Below are positions 13,201-25,528 of a DNA stretch of 42,758 bases, piece after piece. The position numbers and the translations under genes are program-made. The DNA is from Catajapyx aquilonaris (Eukaryota): positions 1 to 42,758 of the forward strand of contig JYFJ02003376.1 of the NCBI GenBank assembly GCA_000934665.2, written 5' to 3'. Within the stretch, counting starts at the first letter, position 1. Every line of letters begins with the position of its first letter. The notes under the pieces were generated by a model. It searched no databases. It was not told the DNA's origin and saw only the letters and a list, made by a program, of their open reading frames with translations.

Positions 13201-14662
13201 ACCCTCATTGCGCATGCTCGGAACAGGGGCCAATCGGAGGCGTCGTGGTAACAATGCGCCATGGATACGACGCAGCAACAATGGACAGGGGCCAATAGGA
13301 AGAGGTGGCGGCAACAATACGGGGGCGGACCAATCAGAGGGCTCGGCCGCCGTCCGCAAGCATTTTAATATTATAGATTACAGCATATTCGGTTAATCAA
13401 TTAAGTATAATTAACATAATTTTTTCTAATGCCAATAATTTTACTTAATAAAATACGCTTAATATTCATACAAATTAGGAATTAATTACGTACTGTATAA
13501 TCAGTACTGATATTTAAAATATAATATCAACTGCTGCTGCTGCAATTAATTTTCATGCAAATTATTAGAAATTAATTACGTATAATCAGTACTGACTTAA
13601 AAATATATCTATTAAATATGTAACATTAATATCTACACGATTAATATGAGTGACATGCGATCAATTAATATTAATGAACAAAAAAAACTGCTAATGATCG
13701 AATTATAATTTTGATTAATAATTTTAATACAACAACAACAACATCACGACATTTCCCTAATAATAATAATGATTTTAATAATAAAATTATTTCCAATTTC
13801 ATTTGCAGACGGTGTTTAATATTTTGTGGCACAAGTTGCACTATAAGTCTGGTCACCCCTCGATAACTAATGTGGTTTACGCCAATTTAGGTCAGGTCAG
13901 GTCAGGTCACTCGTACCTGCTTTGTCATAGAGACGGAAGGCTTCCTTCAACTCCTTGGCCATCGACTCACTGTCCTCTTCAATGATGAACTTTGCAGCAA
14001 GTTGACAGAACTCGTCGAACTCTAGCTGGCCAGAACCTACACGGGTACAACATCACTAATTGAAGTGCAAATTAAACGTGATTAATTATAATACCGTCGG
14101 CGTCCACTTCCTCGATGAGCTCTCTGAGGATCTTGTCGTTGAAAGCCTGACCCATCAGCCTGAGGATGGTGGCCACCATGTCGGTGGAGATTGACCCTTT
14201 CTTGCCACTATCGAAGCTGTCGAAGGCCTTGCGAAGGACTGCGGATTTAATTGATATTTAAGTTAAATACACTACTGGCCAAGGGTCATGCGGGTAGGGG
14301 TACTGTTTTTCAAACAAACGCAACCGAGTGCGCACTACAGTTCGCGCACAGTGCACGATTGGAATTATCAATGATAGCTGATGGACGTATTAAGCGATAC
14401 GGTTATTTCCAACGCTTCACTTGGGGGGAACAAAATGCGACGTTGCCGAGTCTCTAGATCTAGAACTAACGTCAGATGAGGCTACTGGCTACTCTGAGAG
14501 CTGCGCGAGTGTGGGTGCGCACTCGGTTGCGCTAGCTGATGACACCCCGAACCAACTTACTCGCAATCTGGTCCTTGTCCAGTCCAAGATCGTCGTCCTG
14601 AAAAATCGACCATTAGTCAAAGGTCACATTTGACCCCCCTCCAGTATACAACTCACCGCCAT
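10295..14662 (-). CDS. TpnC: Troponin C copy 2 (155 aa, most divergent); complement(join(10295-10323,10389-10520,13917-14036,14095-14238,14561-14597,14657-14662))
   Basis: [33 protein letters not shown]...[52 protein letters not shown]...[24 protein letters not shown] introns fall at the same positions as in the other copies. Confidence 0.93.
11440..11830 (-). mobile_element. tRNA-derived SINE (3' boundary approximate)
   Basis: The minus-strand head has A box TGGCCGAGATGG and B box GGTTCGATCCC followed by a non-tRNA body. Confidence 0.7.
12285..12681. mobile_element. Tc1/mariner-type MITE
   Basis: Perfect 17-bp TIR CACTGTACTCCCGATTA / TAATCGGGAGTACAGTG, flanked by TA on both sides. Confidence 0.85.
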
Positions 14663-14713
14663 CCTGTTTCAGAGAAGCGAAATCTGGTGTCTGTGAAGTG
14701 TGAAAGACGCGAT

Positions 14714-14719
14714 GACTGA
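14714..14719 (-). promoter_or_regulatory. Candidate initiator (TCAGTC) for TnC2
   Basis: Matches the arthropod Inr consensus TCAGTY about 55 nt upstream of the ATG. Confidence 0.4.
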
Positions 14720-16342
14720 GAAGGCCAGACGAGGTTTCCTCCTGTTTTACCACAGTTGTCGATGCTAATTCCGTCCTCTTGGACACCTTGCGCACAAGAC
14801 AATGTAGCCGGTTGCGACTTTGCGCATTTCAAGTGGATTGGCACATGTCGAACAAACAGTCGTGTCTGATAGATTGCCAAAAAAGTGCAACGGACTACAT
14901 TTACTATTGACCCGGATCTATTATATATACGAAAGTTTGCAACACTGTCCGGACTATTGTAGTGCCATATCGCTCACATAGATGGCGCACTACCCGGACA
15001 AACAATTCATTATGATTAACTAGCAGCGGAGCCCGTTCTTAGCGCGGCCTGTTTACATGTGGCTATCAACAACAATCAATCGTTTTTTTTTCGATGGACA
15101 AACAAACAAAAATTTTCTCATATATTGTGTAAAACAAGGTAGTATAGGGAGGGGAAGACACCAAACATCCGAAAAAAACAGAATAACCTAAATTTAGGCT
15201 ATTTAAACACAAAAAAGTGCGGTTTTCGGACTTTTTCCTGAATCAGCGGCATGTAATGCATCAGTGTGCCAAGTTTCAGCTCTCTCAGTAGTCCGAAAGT
15301 GGGTTAGGTAACCCGGACAAACATCCATCCCAACAAACTTTTCCGTTTATATACTATGAGAGATAATAGAAAATGGGGAAGACTTTCTCAAAATTTCAAT
15401 TGTTAAAAGTCCAACCGCTACAATCATTGTCGTATGTATAGCAAACGGCTACAGTGGCCTTACAGCTTAGTTTTTTGGAAGTGCGACAATACAAACAGAG
15501 TCAAGCTGTAAAACGTTTTACAACAGTAGAAATGAGGTCTGTTGTCTCCTTCCTGCTTCTTTGACATACTGAAGGACAATTGTTGTACTCGGAATAAATA
15601 GACAAAAATATTATTGCGCGTTTGTTCATATGTGCAATTGTTGGGTGGTGATCCAATGAGGCGCAACAGATGTCGGAAGCTGCCGAAAATAAATTTCTGA
15701 AGTGGAATCTGGGATCTGCCAAGAGCAACTCAAGGCATATTGTGCTATCAATCCGGACCCAGAAATACCGACAGACTATTGCGCATCGTGACTGAAATAG
15801 AGAGACAACAATACACTAACAGACAGCTCGTATTATTGGTGCATAATAACGACATGAGTTGGGCCAAATTGTAGTGTATCATACTACTAATCGGCTACGT
15901 CTGGCTGTCTGTGTGTTTGTCCGGGGTGAGTCATCACATGAACTCATACAGGTCCACGTAGGGCCATATCCATCGCAGAGATTACTCACCCCGGACAAAC
16001 AGACATACTAATTACACTGGTAACAAATTTTGACAAAAGTGAAACCTCTGAGATTGAAGTAGACATTTATTCAAGATTTTAATGTGCTGAGCATGAATAT
16101 AATAAAATAATAACAATGGACTTGCGCGAGTATGGATGCGCACTCGGTTGCGCTCGTAAAAAAATCACATATAGTACGGTATGTAGTAAGAAATAAGTGA
16201 ACGTCAAACTAAGAGTCGCCTGGATAATTTATTCGAGTTTACAAATAAAAAAAATTATTATCGAGATGGCCAATAATACCAATCGATTCAATACTGTTAC
16301 ATTTATTGCACCGCCATACTGTGCTTGTAGAGCGGCGATAAT

Positions 16343-19300
16343 TTATTCTCCGGTCATCATCTCCATGAACTCTGTGGGAAGAGAGCATTATTTGTAAGAT
16401 TGTAACAATGCCATATGTACTGTGTCTGCGACGTACCGTCAAAGTCGACGGTGCCTGAACCGTCACTGTCGATTTCCTCGATCATGGCGTCCAGGTCAGA
16501 GTCGGTCAGCTGGTCATCCAGCTCACGCATGATCTCACGGAGACACGAGGTAGGGATGAAACCGTTTCCTGTCAATAAAGGGCAATCAGAGTTATTGTTA
16601 TGAAAGAGGTCAAAGGTCGTACAGCTATAAAGACAGCTGCTTGATACTCGTCAAAATTTAAGGTTCAAAAATCCAGCAATTCAACCCCCGTCCCCCATTC
16701 TGGATTGTTCCCTTATGGGCAGAGCAACACCCTCCAAAAGTGACTACGGTGACGTTACCCTAAGCCTAAAATAATTAGAGAATCGATCTGTAATTACATT
16801 GAATATCGATATATTAGCAACAGGTCGATATCGATATTCAATACGAGTCAGGATTGAATATCGATATCGACCTGTTGCTAATTGGATATCGCATCGTCTC
16901 GTCTCCCTGAATGAATATAGATATTGCGTTATCGACAATGCCATCGATATTCAATATCGACTGGGTGCATATCGAAAATCTAAATATCGAGTTGTCGTAT
17001 TTGAATATCGATATTGATATGTTGCTAATTGTATATCGATATTGTCTCGTCTCGATGAATGAATATCGATATGCCTTATCGACATTGATATCGATATGGG
17101 TGTATACGAAAATCGATATATCGACTGGCATTTGAATATCGATATCGACCTGCCGCTAATTGGATATCGATATCGTCTCGTGTCAGCAATGAATATCGAT
17201 ATTGCCCTATCGACATTGATATCGATATTCAATATCGACATTGATATCGATATTCAATATCGACTGGATGTGTATCGAAAATCGATATATCATATTGTAC
17301 CATGTGAATATCATATCGAAAATCGATATATCATATTGTACCATGTGAATATCATATCGAAAATCGATATATCATATTGTACCATGTGAATATCATATCG
17401 AAAATCGATATATCATATTGTACCATGTGAATATCATATCGAAAATCGATATATCATATTGTACCATGTGAATATCATATCGAAAATTGATATATCATAT
17501 TGTACCATGTGAATATCATATCGACATAATTATCAATTCATGAATATCGATATTGAATGTGCATATCAACAAACCCGCAACAAACCAACCGATAAAGATA
17601 CTTGGATATGAATCGTTTCACATTTGCACATTAGAACATGTCGATTTTCGATGAATATCGATCTAATGGACAAAAATAGGCCTGTTGTTAACAGTTGTGA
17701 TGTATGACCTTCTTTGTCGTAGAGACGGAAGGCTTCCTTCAACTCCTTGGCCATTCCTTCCGCGTCCTCCTCCATCATGAACTTAGCGGCAAGTTGGCAA
17801 AACTCGTCGAACTCAAGCTCGCCCGAACCTATACGGGTACAACATCAGATTAGAACTAATTTAGGTGAAAATTAAACGCGATTAATTATTATACCATCAG
17901 CGTCCACTTCCTCGATGAGTTCTCTGAGGATCTTGTCGTTGAAGGCCTGACCCATCAGCCTGAGGATGGTGGCCACCATGTCGGTGGAGATGGAGCCCTT
18001 CTTGTCACGATCGAAGCTGTCGAAGGCCTTGCGCAGCACTGTAAACAAGCGAAGGCATCAGTACACATCATAATGTACCTACAGAGCGGTCCGTACATTG
18101 ACGGGACACCCTGTATACCGACCATATCTGAACACATTTGAAGACACTTGCAAAGTGGTCCCAGAACCTTACAAGCAATGTGCTCCGAGTTGTCCATAAG
18201 TTCGTTGCATGAACAATCATAGTAACAGTAAGGTAGCAGACCTGAAGCTCAAATTAGCCTCCATGTCATGATGAGGAGGCTTATGTGAACTTCAGGTATG
18301 CCAACAAAATAATGATTACAAACATTTGTTTTTTAATTTGCCACATTTGATTATTATTGCACCTTTGTCGTAAATAAGCAATTTTTAGTGTTATGCAAAG
18401 ATATGGATAACTCCCAAAATATTTTTCTAGCGGCTATAGGCTTATATCCTTGTTTTGTCTCGGATAAAAGTAATGGGTGTTGGGAGAATGTTTTTTGGGA
18501 AAAGTGCCACGAACTGCTCCTCAAGCTGGCACTTAGCTGGCACGAAGCAACTCTCGCCATCTTGCGGGTTTCTCCCGAATTTTGTGACGACAAGTTCGTT
18601 CTATTAGTTACAAAAATGAAGTGCAATGCACACCCTTTAGCCTACATGTATAACTGCTTAAAAATTGTGTGACATCAAGTTGTCAAGTCTTGATTTGTAT
18701 ACTGATGATGTGGAGCCAATGACTCGGTCAAATTTTAGTTTTGATGCCTTTAACTATATTTATAAAACTGGGAACGTGGTTCATGCTCATTAGTTCAACT
18801 GCATGTGTTTGGTTAGATCGTGTCTACCAGCACCGACACATGAGGTCTTTTGCTATTATAATAGCAATTGGTCTGAATAATGCGGGTGGGGAATGGTGTC
18901 TAAATAATATTTGGCAACCCTGTGTTTATGCCTACTTGCGATCTGCTCCTTATCCAGTTCGTCCTGCAACACAGAAAAGCAAAAAGCAGTTCATCAGCAC
19001 CGGTGATTTACACCATGAAGTGCAAGGAGCAATTGTATGAAAACTCAGAGTTCATACAATAGGTCCTTAAGTTTCCAATTATTTCAACCTGTGTTAGGCA
19101 CATATGAGCTAACACAGATTAAAATAATTGGGAAAACAAAATGCCAGCAATTATACAGTCACAACGAAATAAAACCTGACTATAACGGAATCCTTTTTGC
19201 AAAAATTTAATTAAATTAAATTGCAAAAGTATGCTAAAATAATTTCCATTATGCGCGACAGAAATAAAGCAAACATCTTGGTCCTGGTCCGTAATGAGGA

Positions 19301-20369
19301 AGATTCCGTTCTAGACAGGTTTTACTCAGTTGGTACGGGAGAAACTATCTTCATAAACTTAAAAACCGAGTACTTAAAATTGTCTTACGGCCTTAAATAA
19401 TTTTTAGCCGTAAATATGATAGGATCTCATAAAAATTGAAGCAGTACAGCATCAGGTGGATTATTCAAAAATTTGCACAAAACAAATTATTATTTCTTGT
19501 CTTCAGCATTGTAATTATTATGATTACATAATTTTTATAGCACCTAATTTGATACGGTTTAAAAAAATTCAATTGTTCATCGAATGCTATTAATATTCCA
19601 TAAATCCGGCCAAAAAGGCTGCCAAGATTGCGGAATGTTTGTTATATTGTTGCAAAAGAGTATAGCCATGATTGCGTACCGTAATTATTTCAACAACTAT
19701 TTTTTTAGCAATGAATACACAGCGCTAATTTTTTTAGAAAAAATTCAATAAAAAATTACTCGATGATTGAACCATCACATATTATGCAAATTTTTACAAT
19801 TAAGGATAATTTCAGTTAATTTGGATAAGATTTTTTATCAGCGGTGTTTGTATTTAAAACCTGAATGTCTTCTGTCAAATTAAACTAATAAGAAATTGAA
19901 ATTTTAATTCAAATGCCTAATTTAGTTGAGTCTCAATTTTACATGTTGAATTATAATGAACTGAATTTTAAATGTTGAATTTAAATGAACTAAATTTTAA
20001 AATTTCCATTGAATATAAATGAATGATTTTAATATTTCAATTGAATTTAAATGAACTGATATTAAAATTTCAATTGAATTTAAATGAACTTATTTTAAAA
20101 CTTCAGTTGAATTTAAATGAATGGAATTTGAAACTTTCAATTGAATTTAAATGAATGTAATTTTAAACTTTCATTTGAATTTAAATGAACGGAATTTTAA
20201 ACTTTCAATTGATTTTAAATTTCACATTCGTGTCCTTTTGTACAGTTGCTCCACATTCATTGCAAATTATTCCTGGACGGGATCCTTTCATTGTATATGT
20301 CTTTGTACACGTTCCACTTCACTACAAATGATTTCAATAACTCGCCATATGTATACTACTCACAGACAT
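16343..20369 (-). CDS. TpnC: Troponin C copy 3 (152 aa); complement(join(16343-16371,16437-16568,17709-17828,17895-18038,18936-18963,20364-20369))
   Basis: [26 protein letters not shown]...FMEMMTGE*. The first exon is ATG TCT|GTGAGT in a CAACAAC-ATG context. It differs from copy 1 at 4 residues by manual comparison. Confidence 0.94.
16800..17555. repeat. ATCGAT-rich region ending in a 41-bp minisatellite (~6 units, 17273-17523) in TnC3 intron 4
   Basis: Unit ATATCGAAAATCGATATATCATATTGTACCATGTGAATATC; ATCGAT occurs at 17281, 17322, 17363, 17404 and 17445. Confidence 0.93.
19172..19323. mobile_element. Degenerate MITE-like inverted repeat
   Basis: AAAACCTGACTATAACGGAATC ... GATTCCGTTCTAGACAGGTTTT. 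Confidence 0.55.
19940..20222. repeat. ~33-bp AT-rich tandem repeat in TnC3 intron 1
   Basis: TTGAATTTAAATGAAC...TTTCAA units. Confidence 0.8.
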
Positions 20370-20451
20370 GTTGTTGGGCTATGTAGTTGCACTGCTATAC
20401 AGTAACAAGAAGAGTAGTGTCCAGCAGAAGATGCTGTTGGGTCAACTGGAA

Positions 20452-20634
20452 GAAGGCGACTGTGGGCAGGGTCCCCCAAATCACACTCTTTTTGGTTTCT
20501 ATCCCTGGATTTAATTTTGGCTTTTCCAGCTCTTTTGTCATGCTGTGCCCGGTACTACAATTATCGAGGTCCCCCTCTTCCCTCTACTGCTGCGCGGAGG
20601 TACTTAGCTATACGACGTATGTAGTCGATTGCGG
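20452..20634 (-). promoter_or_regulatory. TnC3 upstream conserved motif block
   Basis: GAAGGCGACTGTGG (20452), TTAATTTTGG (20511), ATGTAGTCGATTGCGG (20619-20634). Confidence 0.6.
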
Positions 20635-20929
20635 ATATCAAAACCACGTAGACAGCACGTGTGCCCAGGATTGTTTCTAGTCGTTGCGAAGGGGAATAAG
20701 ACTGTCTCTTTCTTTTTCTATTATTTTCGGATGCCAGGGTCGATCAAAATGGCCATCATCACGTGCAGTTTGCTGTATTAGGATCACTATACAGTGCAAT
20801 GGATGGAGTTAAAGAGGTAAAGCCATCATTTCATTCAGTCATCATACAAGTCTGTTTAATGAGGTGTAATTCAGATGTCAGACATATTCAACCATACAGT
20901 GAATCGTAATTGAATCTGGATTAAATCAT

Positions 20930-21170
20930 TACTGATTCAATTACGGTTCAGTCATGATTCAATCAAGAGTCAATCATAATATTCAACCATAACTGATGAT
21001 GTATAATTCAACCACGATTCAACCATGATTCAATCACGATTCAACCATATTCATGACTCAACAATAATTTACTCGTGGTTCATTCACAATTCAACCATAA
21101 TTCAATCAAAATCCAATCATGATTTAATTACGAATCAGTCACAATTCAACCATGATTCAACCAAGATTTA
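20930..21170. repeat. Degenerate 11-bp tandem repeat (GATTCAACCAT)
   Basis: Repeated ATTCAA(C/T)CA. Confidence 0.75.
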
Positions 21171-23812
21171 CCTTCCTGTCCGAACCATCTGCTTTAATTA
21201 ATTTTACGCTAACAATTAAATGCAAATAAACGTGTTGGGAACAAGTCATCATTACTGAATGTGATAATCAGCTTAGTTCCTCATTATCTTAACATAATTA
21301 GAACCTAAATTATTTACAGTTAACTTGTGATCTGAATCGGTTGGTACTAATATTAGTTTTAATAAGTTATATTCAAATTATAATGCACTATACGACTTTA
21401 ATTATATCATTTAATTAATCATTACGTTCATTAATTGACCACAGTTTTAATGAAATTAATTAAATCATGATTCTAATGTAAGTGCTACCTAAATTTCAAT
21501 CTAATTAATTGTCATTTACAATTTATTCGACGATTAAAATCAAATTAGCAAATTAATTATATTTGTAAAACACTTAATTATAATTCTGGATAACTCTAAT
21601 TGGTTCAAGTACCACATTAATGGAATATATTGAAGTATAATTTTAATTTAATTAATTTACACGAAGGGCCAACCACATGATCAGAAGTGTTGATGTGGGC
21701 TGACCTTCATGTGCCTGATGCTTCCCAACAATGGACAGTTCCGATTATTATAAAGTCCCTGTTGCGAATATTCGAGTATTCTCACACGTATCGCAACGAT
21801 TCTGTGCTAAATTTAGCAGAATCGTTGTGATACGTCCGTGTGACAGTTTATCGTGCGACTTGTGGTGTCCAACTTGAACCAGAGGACAACCCATTAAGAG
21901 CCACAAGAGGATGTCACTTGTCGGCTGTCCTTTAGATCGTAACACTCTCGGCGACGTCTGAAACTGCCAAGTGACGACTTGTGTCGCTCCACTTCCTTGT
22001 CGGCCCACTTCAAAGAAAGGCTTTTAACGCTCAAACACACCGCCACTTTTTTCTCTCTCTCTTTCCGCATGCCAATATAAAACCTCACAAGTTCCCTTGT
22101 AAAACTAAAATTAGAGTTTTTCAATGAAATTATTTTGTATTAAAATTTAAATAAAATTGTTGCAAGTTTACATTTAAGTGCAAATCACAATTACTGGATG
22201 AAATTGATTTTTATTAAAATTAGAGTAAAATTTCAAAAAAGAATTACTGTTAATGAATGAAATTAATGTTTATTACGCGAGACTGAAAATGTAAGAAATT
22301 TAGGTGAAAATTCCAATTAATCGATTAATTTTTTATTATTTTCAATTTGAACGAAGTATAGGCCTACTTTTAAAAGGTTTAAATTTGAGTGAAACTTACA
22401 ATTAATCCACGAAAATAATTTTTATTAGAATTAGAAAGAAATGTCAAAAATTTAGATTTAAGTGAAAATTGCAATTTATTAATCGATGAAAATATTTTTG
22501 ATTCATATTGGAATGAATTTTTTTTAAAAGTTATAATTCAAGTAAAAAATTACAGTTTATCATTAAAATTAACATTGGATTAAAATGTAAATAAAATACT
22601 ATAAGGCTAAACTTAAGTGCAAATTACAATTCAAATCAATATTATATTCAAGTGTAACGGAATTGAAATGAAAATGTAATCGATGAAACAGTAATTATAA
22701 TTAAAAGTACCATTAATTTAAATGATTGCATCTATTGGGGTGACTCCTGCCGACCTCTTGAACTGGGTCAATATTTGTAGACCGTGGTGGCCTGGGCGTG
22801 CTCCATCCGAAATGGACGAAATTGTGTGGTTTGCTTTAGCAACCAGTTGCAATGCTTATGTTACCGCTGGGGGGTTATTTTTAGGGTGGGCCAACAACAA
22901 AAGGTTCCATTCCGCGGAAGACAGAGATTTATGAGGCCGCGCGGCTGCTCTCTTCTTATCATCAGGCTTCCAAATAATTATTTTAGGACCAGTGCACCCC
23001 ATGCAAATCCCATTCAGAATAAGGCGAAGTACTGTCCTTGCACCTTGACATGCACCATTAACACCAGAAGGTCATATTATCTTTGCCTATGTGGGCTTGG
23101 TTTGTTGCGCAAATTGCCCAAGTCCAACAATAGAGTCTGCTGATGGGAGAAGAAGTGGGTTGTTCACACTATAGCAACCTTGCTGCTTCACTTCGAACTA
23201 GTAGCTGGAGCGAACAATTTGCGATGGATAAAATATCATAATTAACACCGGAAATAATCTATGGTTATATTAACTAGCAAAAAAATTGCATCAATAATTT
23301 CTGTAATGATAAGTATTTCGTAATAATTTTACATTTTTAATGGTACGGTACAATCTTAATAAGAATTAGTGATAGTTAATTACATTATTATAATGATAAA
23401 TATATAAATTATAACCATTAAGTAAAATAAATTAAAAACGTTAAATTATATTATGATAATGATAAATATATAAATTGTAACTATTAAGCAAAATAAGTCG
23501 CAGCAGTTAAATCATATTATAATAAGGATAAATATATTAATTAGGCTATAACTATTAAGTATAAATTATAACAGTTAAATGATATTGTGATAATGATAAA
23601 TATATAAATTATCACTTAAGTAAAATAAATTAATGTATATTAGTTAATGATTATATTTATTATTAGCATTATTATTATTATAATTAGCGAAAGTGAAATA
23701 TATTATAATAATTATATTAATAACAACTACTGTATTATCAAAATAAATTACAATAATACAATCATATAAATTAGAGTTTAATTAAGTAAAATTACCAATA
23801 GATATATTTATA

Positions 23813-24031
23813 GGGCCGAGTTCAGAGAGGTTGCTTAACGTAATCGAGCCCGATTAAATCCTTTAGTCATCCTCGATTAGCAAATTTAAAAGTGCTAGCA
23901 AGTGCGATTAGGGGGCGCTTAGCGCTAATCGCTGTCTTTGTATTAGCAGGTTGATTAAATTTGCTAATCGAGGCTGACTAAAGGATTTAATCGGGCGCGT
24001 TTACGTTAAGCAACCTCTCTGAATTCGGCCC
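23813..24031. mobile_element. Foldback MITE with ~75-80-bp inverted arms (possibly PIF/Harbinger-type)
   Basis: GGGCCGAGTTCAGAGAGGTTGCTTAACGTAA...GCAAATTTAA is mirrored by TTAAATTTGC...TTACGTTAAGCAACCTCTCTGAATTCGGCCC. The superfamily is a guess from the GGGCC termini. Confidence 0.85.
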
Positions 24032-25528
24032 TTGATGATTAACCAAATCCATATATACTGTAAGATACTCGGTAAGATAATTACATATTAAAATGTATGA
24101 ATCGGCTATTTTAAAAGGCAAAGTTTGTCTTGTTCGTTTGTTTGATTTTCCAGGTTTGGTTACCAATTACGTACCATGGCAACATGTTTCCATGGTTGGT
24201 TACATATATAACCGTTGCGAAGAACGGGCTCCACTGCAAGTACGTTATAAAATATACTAGTTATTACTAGTTATAATAAAAGTAGCAGCTAATGGCCTAA
24301 TGCTAAGTTGCTGTTAATTGAAGCTAATTTTGTCCCATCACTACTGCATATTTTCCAGCATACTTCTCCTGTAGGTCACAGACTTTTTTTGGGGCAATGA
24401 CCCACCCTGCACATTGTTGTAGGTTCAAGTATTTCCGGCTCCGGTTTTCCTTCCTGTTTAGTCAGTGCAAATTGATGGATTTTTTTGGGGGAGGAAAATG
24501 AGGGAGGACTTTGCCCTCCTCTCCCTCCCAAAATTTTTTGGTGACTCACGCCCTAATTTTATATGCGGGTTTATATTTTTGGACGTTGTAACCAGTGCCA
24601 AATGAAAAAGTCGCGCAAAAAAATATACGCGAGTCATGCGGTATTGGCAAAGCATAAATTTTGAGGGAGTTCAGAATAGACTTCTAGGAAATATAGACGC
24701 GGAAATTGCAAAATAATGCCGTCTAATTTGGGCTTAAAATAAATATCAAAATTCAGCTTAATTAAAGTAATATATTTGTACAAAATGTAATAAGTGTAAG
24801 TCTGCATTAATCATGAAAATTGTTTTGCAAAAGAATTGCAACGTGCAGCAGGTTAATTAGCAGCAGAAGGCAACACAACAAAGTAAATGCAAACGTGCTG
24901 AAAATTATTACAGGCGAAAAGCTGCAATTTTTGCAAAAAAAATGAATCTGAAAATTTTGCGAAAATGATTGGAATTTTAATTTGTGTGCGTTACAATCTT
25001 TTTTGCAATAAATGGCAGTGAAATTGCTTGAAATATTCGCTAAAAATGGTTGCATTATAATTTACTCTCCTTTTACATATAAATATTGGAAATGGGAAAG
25101 TTTGTTTGTTTGTCCATTTTTTAAACGCGCGTAGCATGAATCCTTCACACACTGCCGTGACATACACTACGGTACGGGAGTCTGTTATAAACAGGCAAAT
25201 CCTAACTTTTAAAAAAATGCCAAAAGCTTTTGCGAAATTCACAAAAAAAAAACTAGAGGGTCAATCAAAGCATCTTGCAAGCAGAGTTGAAAAGCAACAT
25301 GGATTTTATTGAAGTGTGTACCAAATTAGTTTGTACATTAAGAGAAATGAGTCAAGTATATATACTATAGTTACACTGTTGTTCCAAAATCACTTACCAC
25401 ATGAACAACTCTATATATATATTTTTTCCAACAATAAGAAAGTAGTAAAGTAGTCAAAAAAAATGAGAAGTCCAACACCAATATGTTCTGCCTTCATGCT
25501 GACCACGATTGTTGAGCAAATGATTTTT

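Larger units (their letters stand above)
11036..13377 (-). mobile_element. ~2.3-kb non-autonomous Helitron-like element in TnC2 intron 4, with nested SINE and MITE
   Basis: Minus strand A|TCTATAATATTAAAA ... GC-rich subterminal GCGAGCGGAGCGAGGG ... CTAG|T, inserted between A and T with no TSD. Internal segment 13180-13287 matches window positions 1-108 in the opposite orientation. Confidence 0.65.

Noticed and set aside
14318..14533. Inverted repeat in TnC2 intron 2 as a splicing-regulatory stem
   Set aside because: The same GCGCACTCGGTTGCGCT motif recurs at ~16137 outside the gene, so it is more likely a repeat terminus.
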